DNA of 64,000 nt from Lachnospiraceae bacterium (GTDB taxonomy: Bacteria > Bacillota > Clostridia > Lachnospirales > Lachnospiraceae). Below the pieces are notes generated by a model. The model made no database searches. It was not told the DNA's origin and was given only the letters and a program-made list of their open reading frames with translations. Made by a program: the position numbers and the translations under genes. Numbering within the stretch: the stretch's first letter is position 1; each line of letters opens with the position of its first letter. The stretch covers positions 6,465-70,464 of the forward strand of contig JALEWA010000066.1 of NCBI GenBank assembly GCA_022788085.1. Direction: 5' to 3'. Below are positions 30,657 through 40,098 of this stretch, piece by piece.

Positions 30657-31334
30657 GTGACAGCGATAGGGAAGTTAAGGAAAGCATTTACCAAAAGGAT
30701 TACATCAGGAATTGGTATTTCAGGAGTGATGATTATGCTGATTCTATATGTATTTGTTTATATGAGGTATTCACAGCTTACAGAACAGTTGGAAGAATCG
30801 AATATTCAGTTAAAGAATAGTCTTGTAGAGCTAAAAGATTATTATGATAATATGGAAAAGTACCAGAGGGAAAGCAATCAACTGGAAGAAGCTATTGAAG
30901 CCCTTATGGTGGAATATCCGGCTGATACAAAGGAAGAGGATGTTATCATGCTTGCAGTCCACACGCAGGAGCAGAACCTGCTGAATTATGATAATATCAG
31001 TATGTCACAGCCGGAACTTGTTTACACTGTTCCGCAAAATATTGTCACGGCAGCATCTATGGAAGGCTATCGCCGGCAAATAGACTTTTTGGAAAAGCAG
31101 GCAACATATACCAATGTTACGGATTACAATAATCTGAAGGGAATTATTGAACAGATTTATGAAATGCCAAACAGGATTGCAATAAATAACGTTACTTATA
31201 CTGTCAATGAGGAGTCAGGAAGCCTGGAGGGGATGCTTGATTTATCTTTTTATATTGCAACAGGAACAGAAAAGCAGTATGTATATCCTGACATAGATGA
31301 ATATATCAGTGGCACTGATAATCCATTTCAATAG
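30657..31334 (+). CDS. PilO-like pilus assembly protein
   Basis: N-terminal TM, coiled coil, and C-terminal ferredoxin-like segment (YNNLKGIIEQIY...LEGMLDLSFY); position after pilMN. Confidence 0.6.
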   Translation: MTAIGKLRKAFTKRITSGIGISGVMIMLILYVFVYMRYSQLTEQLEESNIQLKNSLVELKDYYDNMEKYQRESNQLEEAIEALMVEYPADTKEEDVIMLAVHTQEQNLLNYDNISMSQPELVYTVPQNIVTAASMEGYRRQIDFLEKQATYTNVTDYNNLKGIIEQIYEMPNRIAINNVTYTVNEESGSLEGMLDLSFYIATGTEKQYVYPDIDEYISGTDNPFQ

Positions 31335-31360
31335 AGAAAACGTAAAAACATAGGGAAGTT

Positions 31361-31391
31361 AGATGATGCCGCTGGGCATCATCTTTTTTTT
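31361..31391 (+). terminator. Terminator hairpin, identical to the copy at 49046
   Basis: AGATGATGCC-GCTG-GGCATCATCT plus T run. Confidence 0.85.
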
Positions 31392-31429
31392 GTGATAAAA
31401 TGGTTACATAATACCAGGGAGGGATATGT

Positions 31430-32812
31430 ATGAATCCGGCAGTAAGCATTATTGTTCCTGTGTATAATGCACAGAAAACAATCGGTCGTTGTATTGAAAG
31501 TATTTTGAATCAGGAATTTACGGATTTTGAAGTGATTCTTGTGAATGATGGTAGCAAGGATGCATCAGGTGCTATTTGTGATGAATATGCAGCAAAGGAT
31601 TCCCGAATCAGGGTGATTCACAAGGAAAATACAGGGGTATCAGACAGCAGGAATCTTGCACTCGATGAAGCAAGAGGTGAATATCTGCAATTTATGGATA
31701 GTGATGACTGGATTACAACAGATGCAACCAGTCTGCTTTACAGGGCAGCCAAGGAGTATCAGTGTGATATGGTAATCGCTGATTTTTATCGCGTTGTGGG
31801 ACAACGTGTTTCACAAAAGGGTGATATAGATGATGATATTCTGATGACAAGAGAGGAATTTGCCTCTCATATGATGGAGAATCCGGCAGATTTTTATTAT
31901 GGAGTACTCTGGAATAAATTCTTTAAAAGGGAAATTATAGAGAAGTATCATTTGCGTATGGATAAGGATATCAGCTGGTGCGAGGATTTTATGTTCAATT
32001 TGGAGTATATCCGTCATGCAGAAAGCGTATATGCTTTGGGAGTACCAATTTACTATTATGTAAAAACAAAGGGCTCCCTTGCCAGCCAGGGCATGAATAT
32101 TTCAAAAACGATTCAGATGAAACGTATGGTATTTTCTTATTATCATAAGTTTTATAAGTCAGTATTTACGGAAGAAGATTATGAAAAGAACCGTTTACAG
32201 GTATATAAATTTCTGTTGGATGCAGCGGGAGACGGTATGGTTCCGCCTGCAATCCTTCGAGGCTCAAAGAAGCTGGGAAATGAGCGAAGCAGTGCCTGTG
32301 CAATTGATGTTGATGGTGATGGCGTTTTGATGGACGAATATCGTGACAGAAAGCTTCTGGATCGTTATCTGGAACAGGTCGCAATCAAAAATGAAATGAC
32401 CCTGCAGGAGGTCAGGCTTTTGACATATCTCAGTCAGCCTCATGGAGTTAACAGCCGCAAGGAGCTGGTTGATTTTACCAATATGAATTGGGGAAGTCTT
32501 TCTATAATCTTACAGAAGCTGGTGGCAAAGGGAATGCTAAAAGTTGAGGATGTACGGGTGCCTGCGCCGGAAGCAGAGACCGAAGAAGTGAAGAAAGAGG
32601 GAAAAGCAAAACGCAGAAAGAGTGTGCGTAAGCTTTTGATTACCATGCTTCCTGCATCAGAATCGGTCATGAAGAGTCTGGCAACCGCACAGAATGATTA
32701 TGAACAGGCAAGATATGCCGGATTCTCAGAAGATGAACTGGTTCAATATGAATATCTTTCTAATAAGATAAAGGAAAACATACAAAGAGTACTGGCAAAA
32801 AGTTTGGAATGA
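31430..32812 (+). CDS. GT2 glycosyltransferase fused to a C-terminal MarR-like winged helix
   Basis: SIIVPVYN, VNDGSKD, FMDSDD; C-terminal MTLQEVRLLTYLS...RKELVDFT...LSIILQKLVAKGML. Confidence 0.85.
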   Translation: MNPAVSIIVPVYNAQKTIGRCIESILNQEFTDFEVILVNDGSKDASGAICDEYAAKDSRIRVIHKENTGVSDSRNLALDEARGEYLQFMDSDDWITTDATSLLYRAAKEYQCDMVIADFYRVVGQRVSQKGDIDDDILMTREEFASHMMENPADFYYGVLWNKFFKREIIEKYHLRMDKDISWCEDFMFNLEYIRHAESVYALGVPIYYYVKTKGSLASQGMNISKTIQMKRMVFSYYHKFYKSVFTEEDYEKNRLQVYKFLLDAAGDGMVPPAILRGSKKLGNERSSACAIDVDGDGVLMDEYRDRKLLDRYLEQVAIKNEMTLQEVRLLTYLSQPHGVNSRKELVDFTNMNWGSLSIILQKLVAKGMLKVEDVRVPAPEAETEEVKKEGKAKRRKSVRKLLITMLPASESVMKSLATAQNDYEQARYAGFSEDELVQYEYLSNKIKENIQRVLAKSLE

Positions 32813-32869
32813 CAAACATTAAGAAAAAGCTTATAATCAAAAATAATGTTAAGAAAATGGAGGCATAAT

Positions 32870-33481
32870 ATGCAACAGTTACCTAGACCATACGAAATAT
32901 ACAGACATTTTAAGGGAAAGCATTATCAGGTGCTGTCGATAGCCACACACTCTGAGACGGGAGAGCAGATGGTGGTATATCAGCAGTTATATGCTCCCTT
33001 TGGCGTTTATGTCAGACCGCTTGCCATGTTTATGAGCAAAGTTGATAAAGAGAAATATCCACAGGTACAGCAGGAGTATCGTTTTGAGAAGCTGCAGTCG
33101 CCCGCTTGGGAATTGAATATGGTGCAGGAAACACAAGCGCAGCAGATACCGGTACAACAGCCAAGTGTACATGCAAAGCAGGAAGCTGAACCGGAGGAAA
33201 AGAAGACAGAACAGGAATCTGTTGAAAAGGCTAAGGAGCCTGAAAATCAGGAAGAACCTGCGTTGGATTCCGGACTTATGAAGTTTCTGGAAGCGGATAC
33301 CTATGAGGCGAAGCTTGAAATCTTAAGTATGCTGCATCCAAGAATAACGGATGATATGATTGATACCATGGCGGTGAGCCTTGATATTGAAGTAAAGAGC
33401 GGAGACATTGAACAACGATACAGTGAGATCCTGAATTGTCTGCTTACCATGGAACGTTTTGAATGTAACCGTTTACGTTAG
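32870..33481 (+). CDS. DUF1653 domain protein
   Basis: IYRHFKGKHYQVLSIATHSETGEQMVVYQQLY...VRPLAMF. ATG at 32870 after SD GGAGG. Confidence 0.8.
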   Translation: MQQLPRPYEIYRHFKGKHYQVLSIATHSETGEQMVVYQQLYAPFGVYVRPLAMFMSKVDKEKYPQVQQEYRFEKLQSPAWELNMVQETQAQQIPVQQPSVHAKQEAEPEEKKTEQESVEKAKEPENQEEPALDSGLMKFLEADTYEAKLEILSMLHPRITDDMIDTMAVSLDIEVKSGDIEQRYSEILNCLLTMERFECNRLR

Positions 33482-33493
33482 GGTGTCTGATAG

Positions 33494-34582
33494 ATGGAAC
33501 AGTTTGATTTAGAGAAAATAGTAAAACCGCTTCTTGGCTGGTATGATGCACATGCAAGGATATTACCATGGCGTGAGGAACCGACTGCCTACCGTGTGTG
33601 GGTATCAGAAATTATGCTCCAGCAGACAAGAGTAGAGGCGGTAAAGCCATATTATGAGCGTTTTATGAAAGCACTGCCAAATGTAAAGACTCTTGCAGAT
33701 GCAGAGGAGGAAACACTTTTAAAGCTGTGGGAAGGACTTGGCTATTATAACCGTGTAAGAAATCTGAATAAGGCAGCTATACAGATTGAGGAGAAATACC
33801 ATGGAAACATTCCTGACACATATGAGGAGCTTTGCTCTCTGCCTGGAATAGGAAGCTATACAGCCGGTGCTATAGCATCCATTGCATATGGGCGTAGTGT
33901 TCCTGCTGTAGATGGAAATGTGCTTCGGGTGATTTCCAGAATACGTCTGGATGAAAGAGATATTCTACAGGCAAGTGTCAAGAAAAGCGTGGAGCAGGAT
34001 TTAAGTGCGGTAATGCCACATGACAGACCCGGAGACTTTAATCAGGCATTGATGGAGCTTGGTGCAACTGTCTGCATTCCAAATGGGGAACCAAAATGCG
34101 GAGAATGTCCCTGGAACAGCTTCTGTATGGCAAAGCAAAGGGGCTGTATGACGGATTACCCTAAGAAAACGCCTAAAAAGGCGAGAACAATTGAGTATAA
34201 GACAATTCTGGTATTACAGGATGAACAGAAAACGGCTTTACGAAAACGGCCTTCCAAGGGACTGCTTGCGGGCATGTATGAGTTCCCGTGGATAGAGGGA
34301 ATACAGGATGAGGATAGCGTACTGGCATATCTGAAGGAAATTGGCTTACAGGCAATTCATATAAAACGATTAGAGGATAGTAAGCATATTTTTTCCCATA
34401 AGGAATGGCATATGACAGGGTATGCAATCCGAGTGGATGAGCTTACACGTTCTGAGGATAAGAGTGGTCTTTTATTTGTAGAACGTGAGGAAACCCAGAA
34501 TAATTATGCAATTCCTGCCGCATATGCCGCATATACGGGATATCTGAATATTAAGCTTGGGAATGAAAGGTTTGAAAAATAG
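33494..34582 (+). CDS. mutY: A/G-specific adenine glycosylase
   Basis: WVSEIMLQQT, WEGLGYY, HhH LPGIGSYTAGA, VDGNV, CxxxxxxCxxCxxxxxC Fe-S motif. Confidence 0.95.
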   Translation: MEQFDLEKIVKPLLGWYDAHARILPWREEPTAYRVWVSEIMLQQTRVEAVKPYYERFMKALPNVKTLADAEEETLLKLWEGLGYYNRVRNLNKAAIQIEEKYHGNIPDTYEELCSLPGIGSYTAGAIASIAYGRSVPAVDGNVLRVISRIRLDERDILQASVKKSVEQDLSAVMPHDRPGDFNQALMELGATVCIPNGEPKCGECPWNSFCMAKQRGCMTDYPKKTPKKARTIEYKTILVLQDEQKTALRKRPSKGLLAGMYEFPWIEGIQDEDSVLAYLKEIGLQAIHIKRLEDSKHIFSHKEWHMTGYAIRVDELTRSEDKSGLLFVEREETQNNYAIPAAYAAYTGYLNIKLGNERFEK

Positions 34583-34609
34583 ATTTATGACAGAAAAGAG
34601 GAATAGAAA

Positions 34610-35635
34610 ATGAAATTATTATCCATAGCAATTCCATGCTATAATTCATCAGCATATATGAGAAAGTGTATTGACTCCTTACTTCCGGGTGGTGAGGATG
34701 TTGAGATTATCATTGTAAATGATGGCTCTAAGGATAATACACCTGATATTGCAGAGGAGTACAGAGAACGTTTCCCAAGCATTATCAAGGTAGTGAACAA
34801 GGAAAATGGTGGACACGGTTCTGCCGTAAACAGTGGTATCGAGCATGCAACAGGACTTTATTTCAAGGTCGTAGACAGCGATGACTGGGTAAACCAGAGT
34901 GCATATATCCAGATATTGAATACATTAAAGGAACTGGTCAAGGATGGTAAATCCGTGGATATGCTGATCAGTAATTTTGTGTATGAGAAGGAGGGAGAGA
35001 AGCATAAGAGGGCTATGAAATACCATCATGCCCTGCCGCAGAATCGTGTGTTTACCTGGAATGATGTCAAGCATTTCAGAGTTGGTCAGTATATTCTAAT
35101 GCATTCTGTTATTTACAGAACAAATCTGTTAAGAGAATGTGGATTAAGTTTGCCGGAGCACACCTTCTATGTGGATAATATTTTTGTTTTCAACCCTTTG
35201 CCATATGTTAAGACGATGTATTATCTGGATGTGAATTTTTACCGTTATTATATCGGAAGAGCTGACCAGTCTGTCAACGAACAGGTTATGATAGGAAGAA
35301 TCGACCAGCAGATTAAGGTAAATAAGCTCATGGTAGATTATTATGTGGAAGAGATGGACAGGATTCATGCAAATGGTAAGGTAAAGCGGTATATGCGTAA
35401 TTACCTTGATATTATCACAACAGTATCGTCTGTTTTGCTGATTCGTTCAGGGTTAGAAGAGAATCTGGAGAAGAAAAAGGAGCTTTGGCAGTATATCAGG
35501 AGTAAGGACAAATGGTTGTGGGTAAGACTGCGTTACGGTCTGCTTGGGAATGCGATGAATCTTCCGGGCAAAGGAGGAAGAAAGATTTCGGTCGACGGCT
35601 ATAAGATTTGTCAGAGGATATTCCATTTTAATTGA
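34610..35635 (+). CDS. GT2 family glycosyltransferase
   Basis: SIAIPCYN, VNDGSKD, KENGGHG, VDSDD. Confidence 0.9.
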   Translation: MKLLSIAIPCYNSSAYMRKCIDSLLPGGEDVEIIIVNDGSKDNTPDIAEEYRERFPSIIKVVNKENGGHGSAVNSGIEHATGLYFKVVDSDDWVNQSAYIQILNTLKELVKDGKSVDMLISNFVYEKEGEKHKRAMKYHHALPQNRVFTWNDVKHFRVGQYILMHSVIYRTNLLRECGLSLPEHTFYVDNIFVFNPLPYVKTMYYLDVNFYRYYIGRADQSVNEQVMIGRIDQQIKVNKLMVDYYVEEMDRIHANGKVKRYMRNYLDIITTVSSVLLIRSGLEENLEKKKELWQYIRSKDKWLWVRLRYGLLGNAMNLPGKGGRKISVDGYKICQRIFHFN

Positions 35636-35722
35636 CATAAGTCTTGTCAAATGCCGGTAAAATTATTATACTAAGAAATGATTATAAATCGATCAAACAA
35701 TATTTTAAGATGGAGGTTTAGC

Positions 35723-36961
35723 ATGTACACACTGGATGAAGTAAAGAAAGTTGATTCTGAAATCGCTGATGCGATAGTTGCAGAGCAGGCAAGACAGAAT
35801 AGCCATATAGAGCTGATTGCGTCTGAAAACTGGGTAAGCAAGGCTGTTATGGCAGCAATGGGAAGCCCTTTGACAAATAAATATGCAGAAGGATACCCTG
35901 GAAAGAGATACTATGGCGGATGTGAAGTAGTAGACGTAGTAGAGAATCTTGCCATTGAACGTGCAAAGGAATTATTTGGATGTGATTATGCAAATGTTCA
36001 GCCTCATTCAGGTGCACAGGCTAATATGGCAGTACAGTTTGCTATTTTGCAGCCGGGCGATACGATTATGGGTATGAACCTTGACCATGGCGGACATCTG
36101 ACACATGGTTCACCGGTAAATATGTCAGGTAAGTACTTCAACGTAGTTCCTTACGGTGTAAATGATGATGGCTTCCTTGATTATGATAAAATGGAAGAAC
36201 TTGCATTAGAGTGTAAGCCTAAGATGATTATTGCAGGTGCAAGTGCATATGCAAGAACGATTGATTTCAAGCGTTTTAGAGAAGTAGCGGATAAGGTAGG
36301 AGCTGTATTAATGGTAGATATGGCTCATATTGCAGGTCTTGTGGCAGCAGGACTTCATCCAAGCCCAATCCCATATGCAGATGTTGTAACAACAACAACA
36401 CATAAGACTTTAAGAGGACCAAGAGGTGGACTTATCCTTGCAAACAAGGAAGCAGCAGAGAAGTATAACTTCAATAAGGCAATTTTCCCTGGAATCCAGG
36501 GAGGACCATTGATGCATGTTATTGCAGGTAAGGCAGTCTGCTTTAAGGAAGCTCTTTCTGATGATTTCAAGGCTTATCAGAAGCAGATTATCGACAATGC
36601 ACAGGCTCTTTGCAAGGGCTTGATGAGCAGAGATATTAAGATTGTATCAGGTGGTACAGATAATCATTTGATGTTAGTAGATCTTACTACATATGACTTA
36701 ACAGGTAAAGCAGTAGAGAAGCTTCTTGACGAGGCTCATATTACCTGTAATAAGAATACGATTCCAAATGATCCTAAGTCTCCATTTGTTACAAGCGGCA
36801 TCAGACTAGGTACACCGGCTATTACAAGTCGTGGTATGAAGGAAGACGATATGGATAGAATTGCAGAAGCAATCGCAATCGTAATCAAGAAACAGGAAGC
36901 AGGCGTTGCAGAGGCAAGAGCTATCGTTCAGGAGCTAACAGACAAGTATCCATTAGTATAA
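35723..36961 (+). CDS. glyA: Serine hydroxymethyltransferase
   Basis: [36 protein letters not shown] at 35723 after SD GGAGG. Confidence 0.98.
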   Translation: MYTLDEVKKVDSEIADAIVAEQARQNSHIELIASENWVSKAVMAAMGSPLTNKYAEGYPGKRYYGGCEVVDVVENLAIERAKELFGCDYANVQPHSGAQANMAVQFAILQPGDTIMGMNLDHGGHLTHGSPVNMSGKYFNVVPYGVNDDGFLDYDKMEELALECKPKMIIAGASAYARTIDFKRFREVADKVGAVLMVDMAHIAGLVAAGLHPSPIPYADVVTTTTHKTLRGPRGGLILANKEAAEKYNFNKAIFPGIQGGPLMHVIAGKAVCFKEALSDDFKAYQKQIIDNAQALCKGLMSRDIKIVSGGTDNHLMLVDLTTYDLTGKAVEKLLDEAHITCNKNTIPNDPKSPFVTSGIRLGTPAITSRGMKEDDMDRIAEAIAIVIKKQEAGVAEARAIVQELTDKYPLV

Positions 36962-36984
36962 CATGGAAATAAAAAAACGTGATA

Positions 36985-37020
36985 AAATCCCCGACATAGG
37001 TTTTCTTATGTCGGGGATTT
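36985..37020 (+). terminator. Intrinsic terminator after glyA
   Basis: AAATCCCCGACATA...TATGTCGGGGATTT. Confidence 0.8.
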
Positions 37021-37112
37021 GTGTTATGATAATAAAGAGAGTTACTGGAAACGGAGTGAACAATAACAAAAGAAGTTTTGTAAATACAGATCAGGTTTAA
37101 AAGGAAATATAG

Positions 37113-38423
37113 ATGAAAAAAGAAGAATTAACAAGCAGAGAAAAAAGAAGGCGCAGAAGAATCAGAAGTCAGATAACGGCATATGTCACTTTACTATGTC
37201 TTATTATCATGGCTGGCGTCGGTGTTTTCTTTGGAGTGCGGGCAATTATAAATGGGTTAAAAGCATATGACGATAAGGTAAGTGGCGCATTATCTGAGGC
37301 AGAGACAAGTGTTCCCACAGAGGCAGAGAATGAAGCAATACAAAGTTCGCAGGAGAGCCAGACAGGAGATACAGCATCAGCTATTGAGCCGGAAATTGAT
37401 CCGCTTGATGAACTTGTAAGTGCACTGTTGCAGGAGATGACGTTAGAAGAGAAGGTGGCAGGAATGTTTATCGTGACACCGGAATCCATAACAGGTGTTG
37501 GGAAAGTTGTACAGGCGGGGGAAGGAACTAAGACGGCACTGGCTGAGAATCCGATTGGAGGTATTCTTTATACAGAGAAGAACTTTAAGTCAGAGGAACA
37601 GTTTTTAGAGATGCTTACTAATACCAGAGCATATTCGGAGTATCCTTTATTTCTTGCAGTTCAACGAGAGCCCGGCAGTGTGGACACCTTTGGAATTCCG
37701 GCTACAGCAAAGGCATCGGAAATGACCAGTTCAGAAGATGTTAAGACAGCGTTCATGACGATTGCCGAGAAGCTTGCAGGATATGGAATTAATATGAATA
37801 TTGCTCCTGTCGCAGATGTGGTGTCGGAGGAGGGAAATACTTCCCTGCAAGGCAGAACATATGGAAGCGATGCTGCAACAGCAGCTCCACTGGTAAATGC
37901 AGCAGTGGAAGCACTCCAGGAGAAAGAGATTAGTGCAGTGCTTACAAAATTCCCGGGAGAAGGTTCCATTAATCCAAATCAGGGAATGACGATAACAAAA
38001 ACCATGGAGGAATTAAAGAATAGTGAATTTTTAACCTATCAAATGGCAATCCAGAATGGTGTTGACTGTATCATGGTATCAAATGCAAAAGCACCGGAAG
38101 TAATTGGAGACGAAACCCCATGCTCTTTGTCATCTGTTATCATACAGGATACTTTGAGAAATTCTCTTGGTTTTCAGGGTGTTGTGATGTCGGATAAGCT
38201 AAGTGATAGCACAATAACGTCAAAATACAGTGATGCAGAGGCCGCTGTAGCGGCAATTTTAGCTGGAGCTGATATATTATTTGTTCCTGCTGATTATCAT
38301 AAAGCATACGAAGGCGTTATGCAGGCTATTGCAGATGGAACAATTACAGAAGAGAGAATTCAGGAATCGCTGATGCGTATATATCGGGTGAAGTATAAGC
38401 ATGCATTAGACAATGTTGAGTAA
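37113..38423 (+). CDS. Membrane-anchored GH3 (NagZ-like) domain protein with degenerate motifs
   Basis: MTLEEKVAGMF, GINMNIAPVADV, RNSLGFQGVVMSD, AILAGADIL; N-terminal basic patch plus TM. Confidence 0.8.
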   Translation: MKKEELTSREKRRRRRIRSQITAYVTLLCLIIMAGVGVFFGVRAIINGLKAYDDKVSGALSEAETSVPTEAENEAIQSSQESQTGDTASAIEPEIDPLDELVSALLQEMTLEEKVAGMFIVTPESITGVGKVVQAGEGTKTALAENPIGGILYTEKNFKSEEQFLEMLTNTRAYSEYPLFLAVQREPGSVDTFGIPATAKASEMTSSEDVKTAFMTIAEKLAGYGINMNIAPVADVVSEEGNTSLQGRTYGSDAATAAPLVNAAVEALQEKEISAVLTKFPGEGSINPNQGMTITKTMEELKNSEFLTYQMAIQNGVDCIMVSNAKAPEVIGDETPCSLSSVIIQDTLRNSLGFQGVVMSDKLSDSTITSKYSDAEAAVAAILAGADILFVPADYHKAYEGVMQAIADGTITEERIQESLMRIYRVKYKHALDNVE

Positions 38424-38438
38424 AATAAAAATTATGTA

Positions 38439-38467
38439 TTGACACGGTATGAAATGTGTAGTATAGT
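38439..38467 (+). promoter_or_regulatory. SigA promoter of the tRNA gene
   Basis: TTGACA (38439-38444), 17 bp, TATAGT (38462-38467). Confidence 0.7.
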
Positions 38468-38507
38468 ATATCTTGTTCGCAGGTAATAAACGAGGAACAA
38501 GATAAAT

Positions 38508-38580
38508 GCGATAGTGGCGTAGTTGGTAACGCGCGACCTTGCCAAGGTCGAGACCGCGGGTTCGAGCCCCGTCTATCGCT
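38508..38580 (+). tRNA. tRNA-Gly (anticodon GCC), CCA not encoded
   Basis: Acceptor stem GCGATAG/CTATCGC, D arm GCGT/ACGC, anticodon stem CGACC-TTGCCAA-GGTCG, T arm GCGGG-TTCGAGC-CCCGT. Confidence 0.97.
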
Positions 38581-38584
38581 CTTG

Positions 38585-38612
38585 AAGGCTTCTGAGATTT
38601 CAGAAGCCTTTT
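38585..38612 (+). terminator. Terminator after tRNA-Gly
   Basis: AAGGCTTCTGA-GATT-TCAGAAGCCTT-TT. Confidence 0.85.
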
Positions 38613-38694
38613 GTATTTTGTGGCATAGAAAAGAGCCGCGACCTGGTGGCGGTTAGGATGATGCTGACGAACATCATCTTTTAGGAGGTATACA

Positions 38695-38895
38695 ATGACA
38701 AAGAAGTTTAAGGAATTATATCTTGCGGGAGAAATTGAATTTGAAGCAATTGATGATTACAGTTACGATTGGGGTATGAGCGATGAAGAGTGTACGTTAG
38801 CGGAATATCTTGGACTGAACGAAGAAGAGGAAGATGCATGGGTGAGTGAAAGTGAGGATGCTTTAAGAGAATTACTGGATAAACAGAAAAAATAA
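38695..38895 (+). CDS. Small acidic hypothetical protein (66 aa)
   Basis: Strong SD AGGAGG; coherent codon usage. Confidence 0.75.
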   Translation: MTKKFKELYLAGEIEFEAIDDYSYDWGMSDEECTLAEYLGLNEEEEDAWVSESEDALRELLDKQKK

Positions 38896-39130
38896 ACAAA
38901 GAGAATTGCGTTTGCGCGCAGTGAATCCTTTTCATTTTATGACATTTGCATATCAAGGTTAACATAGCTTTTACTTAAGGAATAAAAGTAACAAAAAAAG
39001 AGTTAAAAAATTGTAAATGAGTGAAATTGACAGAAAAATTATGAAATTATATAATCAAAATACACTCTTCGATAGAGACTTGAAAGGTAAAAGGGAAGCT
39101 ATGTTGTAAAAGAATAATGGAGGGATTCGC

Positions 39131-39832
39131 ATGAAGAAAAAATGTATCTTTGTTGGATTTTTTTCAATACTTGTTTTTAGTTTGTCAGCATGCGGAGCTG
39201 TTTTGCCTGCAGAGTCTGTGGAGGCAAAGGAACCTGAAGTTATTATTATTAAAGATGAGATTGCTGTTGCAAAGACAGAAAAACCGGATTCAGAGAATGA
39301 AGTTGAAATACAGGAAACGGAAGAAACCGTGCAGGAAGGTATCGTGTCAAGCACAGAAAGTACAATGGAGGAGGCATATGTAGTGATGCCATCTTCTGAT
39401 GTAGAAGGGGAAATGGCTGATGCAAAGGTAGATGAGTCGGATTTTATAGCAGAAATCAGAGGGACTAAGGTTGTTCTTGGCTCGGAAATAAATGGTCTTA
39501 TGTATTCATTGGGAATACCGGATGTCTTTGAAGAAGAACCAAACAGTAGAAGAGATGGAAGTAATAAGACATATACCTACAATGGCATTGTGATCTATAC
39601 GAGACCGTTGAATAACAGGGATGTGGTAGAGACGATTGAGTATCGTGGAGAAGAAAAGACACCATCTGGAATTGGGTTAGGCAGTACAAGGGCAGATATC
39701 GAAGCAGCCTATGGTATTGAGTATGAGATGGATCCTGACTATATTACATATACTTATTGTGAAAATGAAACTATTAGTTTTCAGATGGATGGTGAGAAAT
39801 GTGTTTGCATAGAACTGTCTTGGAGAAAATAG
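39131..39832 (+). CDS. Hypothetical lipoprotein
   Basis: Signal peptide with lipobox LSAC; acidic linker; C-terminal TPSGIGLGSTRADIEAAYG domain. Confidence 0.75.
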   Translation: MKKKCIFVGFFSILVFSLSACGAVLPAESVEAKEPEVIIIKDEIAVAKTEKPDSENEVEIQETEETVQEGIVSSTESTMEEAYVVMPSSDVEGEMADAKVDESDFIAEIRGTKVVLGSEINGLMYSLGIPDVFEEEPNSRRDGSNKTYTYNGIVIYTRPLNNRDVVETIEYRGEEKTPSGIGLGSTRADIEAAYGIEYEMDPDYITYTYCENETISFQMDGEKCVCIELSWRK

Positions 39833-39841
39833 AACAAAAGA

Positions 39842-39877
39842 AAAAGCTCTCGGTTTGGAATCGAACCGGGAGCTTTT
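39842..39877 (+). terminator. Intrinsic terminator
   Basis: AAAAGCTCTCGGTT...AACCGGGAGCTTTT. Confidence 0.8.
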
Positions 39878-40098
39878 CTATGAAATAAGCACTTTAACAC
39901 ACTAAAGTATAATTAATCGACAATTCAGTGTACATTATATCATAAAAGAAAATAAAAGTCTAGTAATATCGTAAAAAATTAGTATACTTATACATGTATC
40001 AAGTTAACTCAAATACATAACCCCTTGGAACAGGATACTCTTTATCTTGGGAAGTGTGTATGTAAGCAAATTCGCAACGGGAAAGGCAAGGTATTAAG

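Noticed and set aside
35632-35650. TTGACATAAGTCTTGTCAA palindrome at the glyA promoter
   Set aside because: Explained by two -35-like hexamers in opposite orientation (the functional one is likely TTGTCA, 17 bp, TATACT); no independent support as an operator.
38625-38690. ZTP (pfl) riboswitch suggested by GCCGCGAC-CTGG
   Set aside because: The downstream CGCCUGGGCA pseudoknot partner and the P2 pattern are missing, and the downstream gene is unrelated.
38508-38900. tRNA-Gly as an integration site
   Set aside because: No integrase and no repeat of the tRNA 3' end within the window; a normal terminator follows the tRNA.
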